Below are positions 1 to 9,168 of a DNA stretch of 41,594 nt, piece by piece. The notes below the pieces were generated by a model. The model was given only the letters and a program-made list of their open reading frames with translations. It was not told the DNA's origin and searched no databases. The stretch comes from Pseudobdellovibrio sp. (GTDB lineage Bacteria; Bdellovibrionota; Bdellovibrionia; Bdellovibrionales; Bdellovibrionaceae). Position 1 is the first letter of the stretch, and each line of letters opens with the position of its first letter. The position numbers were made by a program, and so were the translations under genes. The stretch spans positions 1-41,594 of the forward strand of contig JBKBTW010000003.1 in assembly GCA_046291245.1 (NCBI GenBank). Reading direction: 5' to 3'.

Positions 1-979
1 CTCGATCAGCAGAGGCCATGGCTCGTTCAAATAAATCGACAGTATCCGCTAACCCAGTTAAAGGCCAAAGTAGTCTTTGAGTAAGAAATACTAATACTCC
101 GTAAAAACCCACATTGAGTTCTCCATTAAGAGCTAATTTACCACCTAAAATAAACGTAGCTAAAAAACCCGATAAAACAGCCATTCGAATTAAAGGGTTA
201 AATGCTGATGAAACTTTAATAGCTTCTGCATTTGCCGCTACATAAGCCTCACTGTCATATTGCACTCTTTCGGCTTCATAGCGTTCCGTTGTGAAACTTT
301 TAATCGTCACCATGCCAGAGATATTATTACTTAACCTAGATCCTATTTTAGAAGCCTTTTCCCGCACGCTTAAATATAAGGGCGCTGCTTTTTTTTGAAA
401 ATATAAAGCTGCTATTAAAATTATTGGAATCGGAAGAAAAGCATATATTGAAACTTGTGGAGCTAAAACAAAAAAAACAATTCCAATCAGCACAACTGAT
501 GTAAACACTTGAATAAGAGAATTCAATCCACCGTTTAAAAATCTTTCTAACTGATTGATATCATCATTCATAATCGTAACTAAGCTGCCAGAGCTTGTAT
601 TATCAAAATAAACTTGATCTAGTTTTTGAATATGATTGTACGTTGATACGCGAAAATCATGTTGAAGATTTTGAGCCAAACCTCTCCATGTTCTTAAGTG
701 CAAATACTCAAAAGTGGACTCGCTCGCCCAGATGACAAAAGTTAAGATCGAAAGCACTACGATCTGCTCAAAAGGATCTACATATCCAAAACGTGCCAGA
801 AAAGACGCCTCTCTATTCGCAATGACATCAATAGCGATACCAATCAATATTTCAGGCGCTATATCAAAAGTTTTATTTAAGAATGAATATAAACTACCAA
901 GATAGAAGTCTTTTTTATGATTTGGTGTATAAGCTAAAAGTCGTTTAAAAGATTGTATTGAAGTTTTTTCTAATGCCAT
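1..979 (-). CDS. ABC exporter, fused permease/ATP-binding type (N-terminal transmembrane domain; truncated by window edge)
   Basis: Not in the ORF track. Manual translation from ATG at 979: MALEKTSIQSFKRLL...FDIAPEILIGIAIDV...TIMNDDINQLERFLNGG...LTQRLLWPLTGLADTVDLFERAMASADR, open to base 1. Multiple hydrophobic helices typical of the ABC_membrane domain. Confidence 0.9.
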   Translation of the reverse strand, partial: MALEKTSIQSFKRLLAYTPNHKKDFYLGSLYSFLNKTFDIAPEILIGIAIDVIANREASFLARFGYVDPFEQIVVLSILTFVIWASESTFEYLHLRTWRGLAQNLQHDFRVSTYNHIQKLDQVYFDNTSSGSLVTIMNDDINQLERFLNGGLNSLIQVFTSVVLIGIVFFVLAPQVSIYAFLPIPIILIAALYFQKKAAPLYLSVREKASKIGSRLSNNISGMVTIKSFTTERYEAERVQYDSEAYVAANAEAIKVSSAFNPLIRMAVLSGFLATFILGGKLALNGELNVGFYGVLVFLTQRLLWPLTGLADTVDLFERAMASADR

Positions 980-1117
980 TTTTTATCCATGTTTTATGTT
1001 AATAAATATCCATTAACATCGAACACATCTTTGTGGCTAGAGTTTAAATCGTGTACTCGGTAAATGAAAAACAACTTTTTATTAAAACAATATTACAAAC
1101 GTATAAATCATTTTAAT

Positions 1118-1154
1118 AAAAAAAAGGGCGACTCCACTTGAAGTTGCCCTTTTT
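1118..1154. terminator. Intrinsic terminator downstream of the dksA-like gene
   Basis: A-run, AAGGGCGACT-loop-AGTTGCCCTT, T-run; gives a U-tail on both strands. Confidence 0.85.
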
Positions 1155-1179
1155 GAGTTAACCTTAATTAATTTTAAAA

Positions 1180-1656
1180 CTATCTTGCGTATCTCTTATC
1201 TACTGATTCACGAATTTCTGCGCCTTCAATGCTTAAACGCGTCCAAGGAATTGCTCTTAAGCGCTCGACTTCAATTGGCTCTTCTGTCTCTTCACAGAAA
1301 CCATATGATCCATTCTCAATTCTTCCAAGAGCACTTTCTATTTCTAGCAATTGCTGTCTTAATCTATCCGTAAGACTCATTACTTCTTGCTCAGCTAAAA
1401 TTCTCATTGTTTGATCGGCCTCATCGCCACCACGTTCAAATTGATCTAATTTAGTACGAGCTTCTCTTACGCGATTTAAAAGATCTGATTTTGAATGTAG
1501 TAATTTTTCACGGCATTCAGCAATTAATGCTTCCGTGATTTTAGGTTGTGTATAAATCGGCTTCGGCGTGGACTCTTTCGCCACTACTTTTTCAAGATTT
1601 ACTTTGGCATTAGGTTTTTGAGTCGCTTTTGTAGCTCCTACTGTTGTCTTTGCCAT
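1180..1656 (-). CDS. dksA: DksA/TraR family RNA polymerase-binding factor, one-cysteine (probably Zn-free) variant
   Basis: Coiled-coil tip GDEADQT; ALGRIENGSYGFCEETEEPIEVERLRAIPWTRLS; SD GGAGGG before the ATG. Confidence 0.88.
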   Translation of the reverse strand: MAKTTVGATKATQKPNAKVNLEKVVAKESTPKPIYTQPKITEALIAECREKLLHSKSDLLNRVREARTKLDQFERGGDEADQTMRILAEQEVMSLTDRLRQQLLEIESALGRIENGSYGFCEETEEPIEVERLRAIPWTRLSIEGAEIRESVDKRYAR

Positions 1657-1739
1657 ATTACCCTCCCTGTTCAGCGCCTTGGTTAGCGTTGTTCTATCCT
1701 CCGCAAAATAACTGTCTTACTGTTATCTCTAGAGGCGAC

Positions 1740-1766
1740 TTATCGGCATCTTTGCCAATAACTTGA
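1740..1766 (-). promoter_or_regulatory. sigma28 (FliA)-type promoter of the dksA-like gene
   Basis: Minus strand TCAAG-N14-GCCGATAA: perfect -10 element and canonical spacing. Confidence 0.8.
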
Positions 1767-1782
1767 GTTCCAAATTGGAACT
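1766..1782. promoter_or_regulatory. Perfect 8-1-8 palindrome abutting the sigma28 -35 element
   Basis: AGTTCCAA-A-TTGGAACT. Confidence 0.55.
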
Positions 1783-1980
1783 GCCCACATATAAATAGAA
1801 AATTGTAATTATTGCAATAAAAATCTTACAGAAAATGAAATATCATAAGTTATTGAAATTAAAGCGATTTGTATAAAAAACTCTAATTAACGCAAAAAGT
1901 AATTAGATTTTTCATATTTTAAAACGAATATATTTGCTTTAGAAACCGTCAATTTTCACATAATTTAAGATTTTGTAAGA

Positions 1981-2334
1981 TTATTTAAGGCAATTCTGGA
2001 CTTCTTTAATAAGCTCTTCTGTTTGATCCGCCAATTTATCAGCCAACTCTTGAGCTTTTTGTCCACGTTTTCTATATGAGTTTGCCGATACAGACATATT
2101 ACTCTTTATAGCTTTATAAGCTTTACCACCTGACATACTTAATGCATCTGAATAGCTATCTAAACTATCAGCCATCATATTATGATTTGAAATTAAACTG
2201 TCTTGAATGACGACTTGCGCTTTCTTCATTTGTTTAAGATTTTCTATAATTTTATCACACGAAACAGACGCATGCGAAAAACACGAGGTAGATAATATTA
2301 AAGATAGGAAAAGTGTAGTTTTTAAATGAGTCAT
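1981..2334 (-). CDS. Secreted alpha-helical hypothetical protein
   Basis: Signal peptide MTHLKTTLFLSLILSTSCFSHA; helical mature part with Cys near both ends. Start moved from 2349 to 2334 because 2349 lies upstream of the predicted sigma54 TSS. Confidence 0.75.
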   Translation of the reverse strand: MTHLKTTLFLSLILSTSCFSHASVSCDKIIENLKQMKKAQVVIQDSLISNHNMMADSLDSYSDALSMSGGKAYKAIKSNMSVSANSYRKRGQKAQELADKLADQTEELIKEVQNCLK

Positions 2335-2349
2335 AATAGATCTGAACAT

Positions 2350-2366
2350 AGCAAAAAACCGACCAA
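2350..2366 (-). promoter_or_regulatory. sigma54-type -24/-12 promoter
   Basis: Minus strand TTGGTCGGTTTTTTGCT: GG-N10-GC with TTGC. Confidence 0.65.
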
Positions 2367-2458
2367 CTTCCTTGCCCTAGAAACATAATTTAGACACTCT
2401 ATATACCTATTAAATTGGAATTGAGTCTTAACAAACCAATACCTAGAGCAATTTTCAG

Positions 2459-3091
2459 TTATTTTTTAATAATTTTTTCAATATCGTCTTTTGTTTCGCC
2501 ACTCACGTAAGGCAATAACAAACGCATAATATGACTGCGCACTTTATTTAAAGCTCTCGGATTGGCCTCAGCCTCACCTTTGTCTACGGTAGCAAAAAAC
2601 TGCATGAAACTATTTGATGAAACAAACAAAAGTTCCGCTAAATACTCTAACTCATATTTAGATTGCATTGGAATCATATATCCTGACTTTACCCAATGCT
2701 TATGAAGTATAATCATCATTAAAGTTAATTTCTTTATATGAGCTCTCCATAATTTTGACAATTCTGGATCTTTTTTTCTTAACGTGTATGTTTCTCTATG
2801 AAAAAATCTGTATTTCCAATAAAGTTCCAAATTTTTGTCTATGAACTCGACTAAATGTGGCTGTTCATTTTTTTTAGCGTTTTTAGTCTGTGGCTTCCAC
2901 ACTTTAACAGTTTCCGCTGACAATTTTTTAAAAATTTCGCGGATAATCTGCTCTTTGTTTTTATAATGAAAATAAAGATTTCCTGGACTCATTTTTAATT
3001 CTTTAGCGATGTCGTTTGTTGTCACCTCTGTAGCGCCATCTTTATTAAATAAACTTAATGATCCGAGTAAAATTCTTTCTTTAGTTTTCAT
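2459..3091 (-). CDS. TetR/AcrR family transcriptional regulator
   Basis: N-terminal HTH TTNDIAKELKMSPGNLYFHYKNKEQI. Confidence 0.93.
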   Translation of the reverse strand: MKTKERILLGSLSLFNKDGATEVTTNDIAKELKMSPGNLYFHYKNKEQIIREIFKKLSAETVKVWKPQTKNAKKNEQPHLVEFIDKNLELYWKYRFFHRETYTLRKKDPELSKLWRAHIKKLTLMMIILHKHWVKSGYMIPMQSKYELEYLAELLFVSSNSFMQFFATVDKGEAEANPRALNKVRSHIMRLLLPYVSGETKDDIEKIIKK

Positions 3092-3154
3092 AATTTATAT
3101 AATCCCTTTAAATGCTTGGAATTTCAATCCTGAATATGTTAAGATATTTGTATT

Positions 3155-4501
3155 ATGATTCAAGGACGAACACAATCAACCAAATGGATTTTGGTGCCTA
3201 CAACTTTAATTATCTCTGCTTTTTTCTTTTTTAAAGATGACGTAGGTGCCATAGCAAAAAACACAGAACTTCCTCTTAATAAGCCCTCAGAAGCGCGTAA
3301 AATAATAGCTGCTTCTCTGGAAAAGGAATTTTTATTTAACAAATTACCTGAAAAACTGAAATTGACAGACCAAAGTCTAGATTCAAAGAGTGGTCATGCT
3401 CTTTCAGTAACAGCACGTTACTCTTTTGAGTCTGAATTACAAAATGAAGCTACAAAACTCCTTCAACGCTACAAACCTGATTATGGCGCAATTGTCATGA
3501 TGGATGCCAAGACAGGTCAGGTTCTAGCTATGTCGAGTTTTATAAAAACAGAGCCTGCTGGGCAAAATTTAAATTTACGCGCTACATTTCCTGCGGCGAG
3601 CATATTTAAAATCATAACGGCCGCAACGGCAGTTGATCGTAAAGGTGTTGATCCTCACCACCAAATTGCTTTTAATGGCGGCAACTACACTCTTTATAAA
3701 AAAAATGTACTCTCTGAAAGAATCACTAAATGGACTCGCTTCATTACATTAAAAGACGCCTTTGCCAAATCGATTAATACAGCTTTTGGAAGACTCACTT
3801 TGGAAAACATAGATCCTCATGACCTCTCTGAGTATGCAAAACGTTTCATGTTCAACAAATATATTCCTGCGGATTTTAATGTGGAGTTTAGTCAAGCTTC
3901 AATTCCCGAAGAAAAAGGATTTGAGTTAACACAAGTGGCTTCAGGATATAATCGTTTCAACACTTTAAGTCCTGTTCATGGAGCAATGATAGCAGGCGCC
4001 ATCATCAACGATGGCAAATTTGTAGCTCCTTACATCGTTGATGAATTAGTCTCTGAAAATGATAATGTCGTTTACAAAGCTGAACCTTATGAAATAGGCC
4101 AAGCTATCACAGCCGAATCAGCTAAAAAAGTACGCGAAATGATGGAGCAAACAGTTCTAGCGGGAACGTCAAGAAAAACATTTCGCCAAATCTTAAAAGA
4201 TAAAAAGTTTAGAGAAGTTGAAATGGGCGGCAAAACAGGCCACTTCAGTGGTTTAAACCCTAGAGGAAGAAATGACTGGTTTGTTGGCTACGCATCTGAC
4301 GGAGACAATAAAGTGGCCATTGCAGCAATAACAGTTAACGTAAAAAAATGGACCGTTAAATCCTCTGCTTTAGCCGAAATGATGTTTCGCAAACACTTTA
4401 AAACTATTTTAGAAGAAAAAGAAATTTCTAAAAAACTAAATCAACAACAACAGGACAATGATCAGACCCTTCTTGTTGAAACAAAACCTCACAAGATTTA
4501 A
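3155..4501 (+). CDS. Penicillin-binding protein, transpeptidase domain with N-terminal membrane anchor
   Basis: SxxK (ASIFK), SxN (SIN) and KTG (GGKTG) motifs; MDAKTGQVLAM. Confidence 0.92.
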   Translation: MIQGRTQSTKWILVPTTLIISAFFFFKDDVGAIAKNTELPLNKPSEARKIIAASLEKEFLFNKLPEKLKLTDQSLDSKSGHALSVTARYSFESELQNEATKLLQRYKPDYGAIVMMDAKTGQVLAMSSFIKTEPAGQNLNLRATFPAASIFKIITAATAVDRKGVDPHHQIAFNGGNYTLYKKNVLSERITKWTRFITLKDAFAKSINTAFGRLTLENIDPHDLSEYAKRFMFNKYIPADFNVEFSQASIPEEKGFELTQVASGYNRFNTLSPVHGAMIAGAIINDGKFVAPYIVDELVSENDNVVYKAEPYEIGQAITAESAKKVREMMEQTVLAGTSRKTFRQILKDKKFREVEMGGKTGHFSGLNPRGRNDWFVGYASDGDNKVAIAAITVNVKKWTVKSSALAEMMFRKHFKTILEEKEISKKLNQQQQDNDQTLLVETKPHKI

Positions 4502-5222
4502 GATTTTTAACCAAATTCTTAGTTACACATATATAATCTATGCGCCAGCCATTGTTTTTTTGTCTGGCTTGATCTTTATATGACCACCAAGAGTAAACGT
4601 CTTTAGCATTAGGATAAAAATATCTAAAACAATCAACGAAGCCTAAATTCAAAAAATCCGAAAACCAAGCTCTCTCCTCTGGGAGAAATCCAGATTCTGT
4701 TGCCATAGCTTTAGGGGCATACACATCAGCTTCTAAATGGGCAATGTTATAATCACCTACCACTATAATATCGCGCCCCTTTTTTATTTCAAAAGCTAAA
4801 TGAGTTTTGAGATCTTTTAAGAACTCTTGCTTGAAATGATGGCGCTCCGCACCTGATCCACCATTAGGAAAATATATATTATACAAATCAAAAAACTGAT
4901 GCTGCGTCCATACCACTCGACCTTCACGCTCATAAGCTGGTTTATCTATACCTTTAATCACATGGATCGGATCTTCATTTAAAAATGTAGCCACGCCAGA
5001 GTAGCCTTTTCTTTCTGCTGAAGACCAATAAGAGTGTTTAAATCCTAATTTTTGAATATCTGGCTCGACTTGCTCTATATGAGCTTTTGTCTCTTGCAAA
5101 CATAAAATATCAGGCCTTAGCGTATTAACAAAATCCATAAGATTTTTTTCATAGCAAGCCCTTACACCATTTACATTCCATGTTATTATTCGTTTTGTAT
5201 TTTGCCTCGTATTTTCACTCAT
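4428..5222 (-). CDS. xth: Exodeoxyribonuclease III / AP endonuclease
   Basis: ITWNVNGVRA, LCLQETK, GYSGVA, GDYNIAH, GWRIDY, SDHCPV. Start placed at ATG 5222. Confidence 0.96.
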   Translation of the reverse strand: MSENTRQNTKRIITWNVNGVRACYEKNLMDFVNTLRPDILCLQETKAHIEQVEPDIQKLGFKHSYWSSAERKGYSGVATFLNEDPIHVIKGIDKPAYEREGRVVWTQHQFFDLYNIYFPNGGSGAERHHFKQEFLKDLKTHLAFEIKKGRDIIVVGDYNIAHLEADVYAPKAMATESGFLPEERAWFSDFLNLGFVDCFRYFYPNAKDVYSWWSYKDQARQKNNGWRIDYICVTKNLVKNLKSCEVLFQQEGSDHCPVVVDLVF

Positions 5223-5271
5223 AATGATTATATGTTTGTGCGAATCTTTAAGTTGTGGCAACAATTAACAT

Positions 5272-6375
5272 ATGTCTGTAAAAGAAAACTTTATTCAGCA
5301 TCTAACTGCACAATTTTCTAACTTATTTGTGGATAAATTAACCGCCCTTATATCTGATAATTTAATAAGTCCTTATATTTTGAAACTTCCTCAATCGACG
5401 CTTACTGATATACAAAATGAAATCCGTGATATTTACAAACTTCGAGCATGGTCAGAAAAACATTTAGCAGATCAATTTAAGTCCACAGGTCTGCCTATCG
5501 TTAAGAATAACAGCGTTTGCATGAGTTATGATTTTCATTTAACACCAGAAAAAAATCTTAAACTTATTGAGATCAATACAAATGCTTCTTTTTTAGCTTT
5601 AGGTTTATCACTTTATGATTTCTGGAAAGTAAATCCACAGAATAAATTTAGTTTTTCCAAATTAATTGCAATGTTCCAACACGAAGCTGAACTATTGGGA
5701 AACAAATCTATGCCAATTTCCATCATGGATGAAAGCCCAACCGAACAACGTTTATTCTCTGAGTTTTTAATTTATCAACAATTGCTCAATGCCAACATTC
5801 TAGATATAAAAGATATTCAAAAAATTAAAAACGAAACTCTTATTTACAATCGCTACACTGATTTTTACCTCAGCGAAGATAAATCAGCTCCTGTGAAAAA
5901 ACTTTACCAAGAAGGTTGCATCCATTTAACACCTTCTCCTTGGGAGTATTTTTTACTCGCAGATAAACAACGCTTGTTTGATTGGACTCAACAAACAGAA
6001 ATCCCCCATCCAAAAAGTTTACTCAAAATTTACGACTTAAGCTCTACACCTATCGACATAATTCAAACAGAAAAAAAGAACTTGTTTTTCAAACCTAAAT
6101 CTTCTTACGGCGGCAAACAAGCTTATAAAGGATCTGGAATCAGCTCGAAAATGTTAAATAGCGCCATTGAACAAGGCTTTATTGCTCAAGAATACGCAGA
6201 GCCATCAGAGGTCGACGTGATGATAAACAATGAGCCAGTTAAATTTAAATATGATTTAAGATGTTACGCCTACAAAGACGAATTGCAATTAGTCATTGCA
6301 CGTTTGTATCAAGGGCAAACGACCAACCTAAAAACTTTTGGTGGCGGTTTTGCTGTCGTAGATTTTACTGGGTAA
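5272..6375 (+). CDS. Uncharacterised ATP-grasp (circularly permuted / glutathionylspermidine-synthase-like) ligase
   Basis: YDFH...LKLIEINTNA, FFKPKSSYGGK, IAQEY, YDLR, RLYQGQTTN..TFGGGF. Confidence 0.75.
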   Translation: MSVKENFIQHLTAQFSNLFVDKLTALISDNLISPYILKLPQSTLTDIQNEIRDIYKLRAWSEKHLADQFKSTGLPIVKNNSVCMSYDFHLTPEKNLKLIEINTNASFLALGLSLYDFWKVNPQNKFSFSKLIAMFQHEAELLGNKSMPISIMDESPTEQRLFSEFLIYQQLLNANILDIKDIQKIKNETLIYNRYTDFYLSEDKSAPVKKLYQEGCIHLTPSPWEYFLLADKQRLFDWTQQTEIPHPKSLLKIYDLSSTPIDIIQTEKKNLFFKPKSSYGGKQAYKGSGISSKMLNSAIEQGFIAQEYAEPSEVDVMINNEPVKFKYDLRCYAYKDELQLVIARLYQGQTTNLKTFGGGFAVVDFTG

Positions 6376-7969
6376 AGTGCTCAGCCGAATTAAATTGCAA
6401 AGCTATGTGAGACATCAAAGCCCCACAAGATAAGCTATCTAAAGCTTTAGATAAAATAAGATCGTCCACACCTTGCAAAAATTTATAAGTTCCGCACTTT
6501 TGCAATGGTAACTCGGCTTTTTGGTATTTGAGCTGCCTGATCACAGGCCTGATTGGATTAAAAAATGATTTTTCTTCATTCGCTAATCTTAAATTTCCAT
6601 CACTCACTTCAATATCTGGATTAATGCCATAAAATTGCGTAGAAGAACCACTTGGTAATAAATAAAATCCTTTTGTTTTGAAGTAACCAACTTGTTTTGA
6701 ATCACCCCAAGATTCTATTTCTTGAAATGTTCCTTTACCAAAAGTTTTGGACCCTACAATAAGAGCACGACTGTACTCTTGCAAAGCACCAGCTAACAAC
6801 TCCGCAGCACTGGCTGAGTAAGTGTTAGTCATAACAACCAAAGGACCTGAATAAATTCTTTCTGTATTTGTTAATACAACCTCATCCGATTTTGATAAAT
6901 CGAAGTACTGTACAGAGTAAATTTTTTTGTTTTCGCCAATAAACAATCCTGCAAGACAAGCTGCTTCAGATAAATGCCCGCCAGGATTATCACGCAAATC
7001 GATGACTAAACCTGATATATTTTTATCAGCCATATCATAAATAGCGTTGCGAACCTCTACACAAATATTTTTGGCAAACTTTGACAAGCGAATTAAACCA
7101 ATATTTCTTTTTCCAGAGATAATCTCATGATTAACATGGCTTAAAACCCTATAAGAACGAGAAACCTTTTTAATCATGTTTTGACCGTTGCGACTGATAT
7201 TAAATGTAAAAAACCTGTTTTTTGGCTCCTTCAACATATAACCCACATCAGATAAGCTCATAGCTTTAGTTTTATATCCATTAACAGATATAATTACATC
7301 TCCTGCTTTTAACCCACCCACTTCCGCATCTGACTCTGCAACTACTTTTTTGATCTTTATGAAACCTTTTGCTTTTTCCATACTGATACCAACAAAGTAG
7401 GGTGATCTTTCAGCAGAACTTGCAACTTGAGTGAAGTACTCCATAGGCATGATGTAAGTGTGTGGATCTTTATTCACCGACAAAAAGCCGTTTAAGCCTT
7501 GGGCTAATAAATATTTTAAAGGTAATTTTTCATCTGCTTTAGATAAAATTTTATTCCACAACTCATTAAAACTAAACTGAGTATGATGTTTCTTTTCGTA
7601 AACATCTGCAAATGGCAATAAATTTTCTTTTTCATTAAAATTATCTACGGTATTAGCATCAGAAGTTACAGCAATGATCTCTCCATTTAGAGTTAAACGT
7701 TCTTTTGTCAAAGACAAAGCGCTGATAACGGAATTAACACAGGCTAGAAAATATTTTTCAGATAAAACACAAGCTTTATTATTAACGTATTTACGTAAAT
7801 CAGCCTCAGATAAATCTGTACGCGTCCAAAAATCTTCGATTTTGGTTAACTCAATTCGTGTTTGTGTTTGTGCTGCTTTTAAGCCCGCGTTAATTCCGCT
7901 TATTCCCGCTAAGATAAACCCTAGCGCAAACCCCATGGCTATAATAAACACCGCTCCCCAAGATTTCAT
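6365..7969 (-). CDS. S41 family carboxyl-terminal processing protease with PDZ domain
   Basis: DPHT, PDZ segment (GLKAGDVIISVNG), IDLRDNPGG, catalytic SASAAE and TFGKG; N-terminal hydrophobic segment. Confidence 0.94.
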   Translation of the reverse strand: MKSWGAVFIIAMGFALGFILAGISGINAGLKAAQTQTRIELTKIEDFWTRTDLSEADLRKYVNNKACVLSEKYFLACVNSVISALSLTKERLTLNGEIIAVTSDANTVDNFNEKENLLPFADVYEKKHHTQFSFNELWNKILSKADEKLPLKYLLAQGLNGFLSVNKDPHTYIMPMEYFTQVASSAERSPYFVGISMEKAKGFIKIKKVVAESDAEVGGLKAGDVIISVNGYKTKAMSLSDVGYMLKEPKNRFFTFNISRNGQNMIKKVSRSYRVLSHVNHEIISGKRNIGLIRLSKFAKNICVEVRNAIYDMADKNISGLVIDLRDNPGGHLSEAACLAGLFIGENKKIYSVQYFDLSKSDEVVLTNTERIYSGPLVVMTNTYSASAAELLAGALQEYSRALIVGSKTFGKGTFQEIESWGDSKQVGYFKTKGFYLLPSGSSTQFYGINPDIEVSDGNLRLANEEKSFFNPIRPVIRQLKYQKAELPLQKCGTYKFLQGVDDLILSKALDSLSCGALMSHIALQFNSAEHFTQ

Positions 7970-8019
7970 ATCCCCATTGCCCCTTACGTACTTAATCTAT
8001 GTCCCCAGTGACAAATTAG

Positions 8020-8035
8020 AGCAACCTACGGGCCA
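8020..8035 (-). promoter_or_regulatory. sigma54-type -24/-12 promoter of the S41 protease gene
   Basis: Minus strand TGGCCCGTAGGTTGCT, very close to the consensus TGGCACG-N4-TTGCW. Confidence 0.8.
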
Positions 8036-8187
8036 CATTTTTTAGGCTAATTACCTATTTAAATCGATCTGAGAGCCTATTTTCCTGAAGGCCAGGAAAG
8101 ATTTTCAAAGATGATTAAAAGTCTCACAGCAAACTTATACGAAAAATGTTGCGAACATCAAGTGTCATGCCAGATACTCTCTAGCAT

Positions 8188-9156
8188 ATGATTATAGTAA
8201 CAGGTGCAAATGGTTTTATAGGTAGTGCAATTGTATGGCAACTCAATCAAATGGGAGTGAGTAATATCATCGCTGTGGACTCCGTTCCGCTCACGACACG
8301 TAATCTTTTACAGAAAAGACAATACTCTCAGTTTTTTCTTTCGGGTGAGTTATGGAGTTTCCTAGCTACGTCCGAAGCTCAGAAAAAAGTAACTTGGGTC
8401 ATACACATGGGAGCTTGCTCCTCTACAACAGAAAAAAACTGGGATTTTTTATTTGAAAATAATTTTCAATACTCTCAACGACTTTTTGAGTGGTGCTCAC
8501 AATATCAAAAAAATTTAATCTACGCGAGCAGTGCTGCCACATACGGAGCTGGAGAAAATGGTTTTGATGACACTTTCGACTCAGAAAAGCTAAAGCCTTT
8601 GAATCTTTACGGTGAATCTAAAGTCATTATGGATCGTTGGGCCGTTAAACAAAAAGCTACACCTGAAAATTGGTATGGATTGAAGTTTTTCAATGTTTTC
8701 GGCCCAAATGAATATGAAAAAGGTTCGATGGCCAGCGTAGCTTACAAATCATTTCATCATTTACAAAAAAATGATGCTTTGGGGTTGTTTAAGTCTTATG
8801 TGCCACAATACAAAGATGGCGAACAAGTTCGTGATTTCGTGTACGTCAAAGATGTTGTGCGCTGGATAGCGGAAATCATGGATAAAAAACCTGCAAGCGG
8901 CATTTACAATATGGGTTATGGGGAAACGCGCTCGTGGCTAGATATGGCTAAGGGCTTATTCAAAGCTTTAAATCGCGATTTAAAAATTAATTGGTTAGAA
9001 ATGCCCGATGATATTAAAAATCAATATCAGTATTACACTTTAGCCGATATGACAAAGTGGAAACAAGCCGGCATGAGTGAACCCCAATGGCCCTTAGAAA
9101 AAGCCATTGAGGACTATGTTAAAAATTATTTATCGCAACAAGATCCATGGCTTTAA
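8188..9156 (+). CDS. hldD: ADP-L-glycero-D-manno-heptose 6-epimerase
   Basis: MIIVTGANGFIGS, HMGACSSTTE, YASSAATYG, PLNLYGESK, FNVFGPNEYEKGSMAS, RDFVYVKD. Confidence 0.95.
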   Translation: MIIVTGANGFIGSAIVWQLNQMGVSNIIAVDSVPLTTRNLLQKRQYSQFFLSGELWSFLATSEAQKKVTWVIHMGACSSTTEKNWDFLFENNFQYSQRLFEWCSQYQKNLIYASSAATYGAGENGFDDTFDSEKLKPLNLYGESKVIMDRWAVKQKATPENWYGLKFFNVFGPNEYEKGSMASVAYKSFHHLQKNDALGLFKSYVPQYKDGEQVRDFVYVKDVVRWIAEIMDKKPASGIYNMGYGETRSWLDMAKGLFKALNRDLKINWLEMPDDIKNQYQYYTLADMTKWKQAGMSEPQWPLEKAIEDYVKNYLSQQDPWL

Positions 9157-9168
9157 AAGGTAAAAACT

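Noticed and set aside
1846-1858. IHF-like site (TTTCAATAACTTA on the minus strand)
   Set aside because: One mismatch in AT-rich DNA; not distinguishable from chance.
4442-4453. (CAA)3CAG poly-Gln microsatellite
   Set aside because: It is the antisense of xth Val codons, not a contingency repeat.
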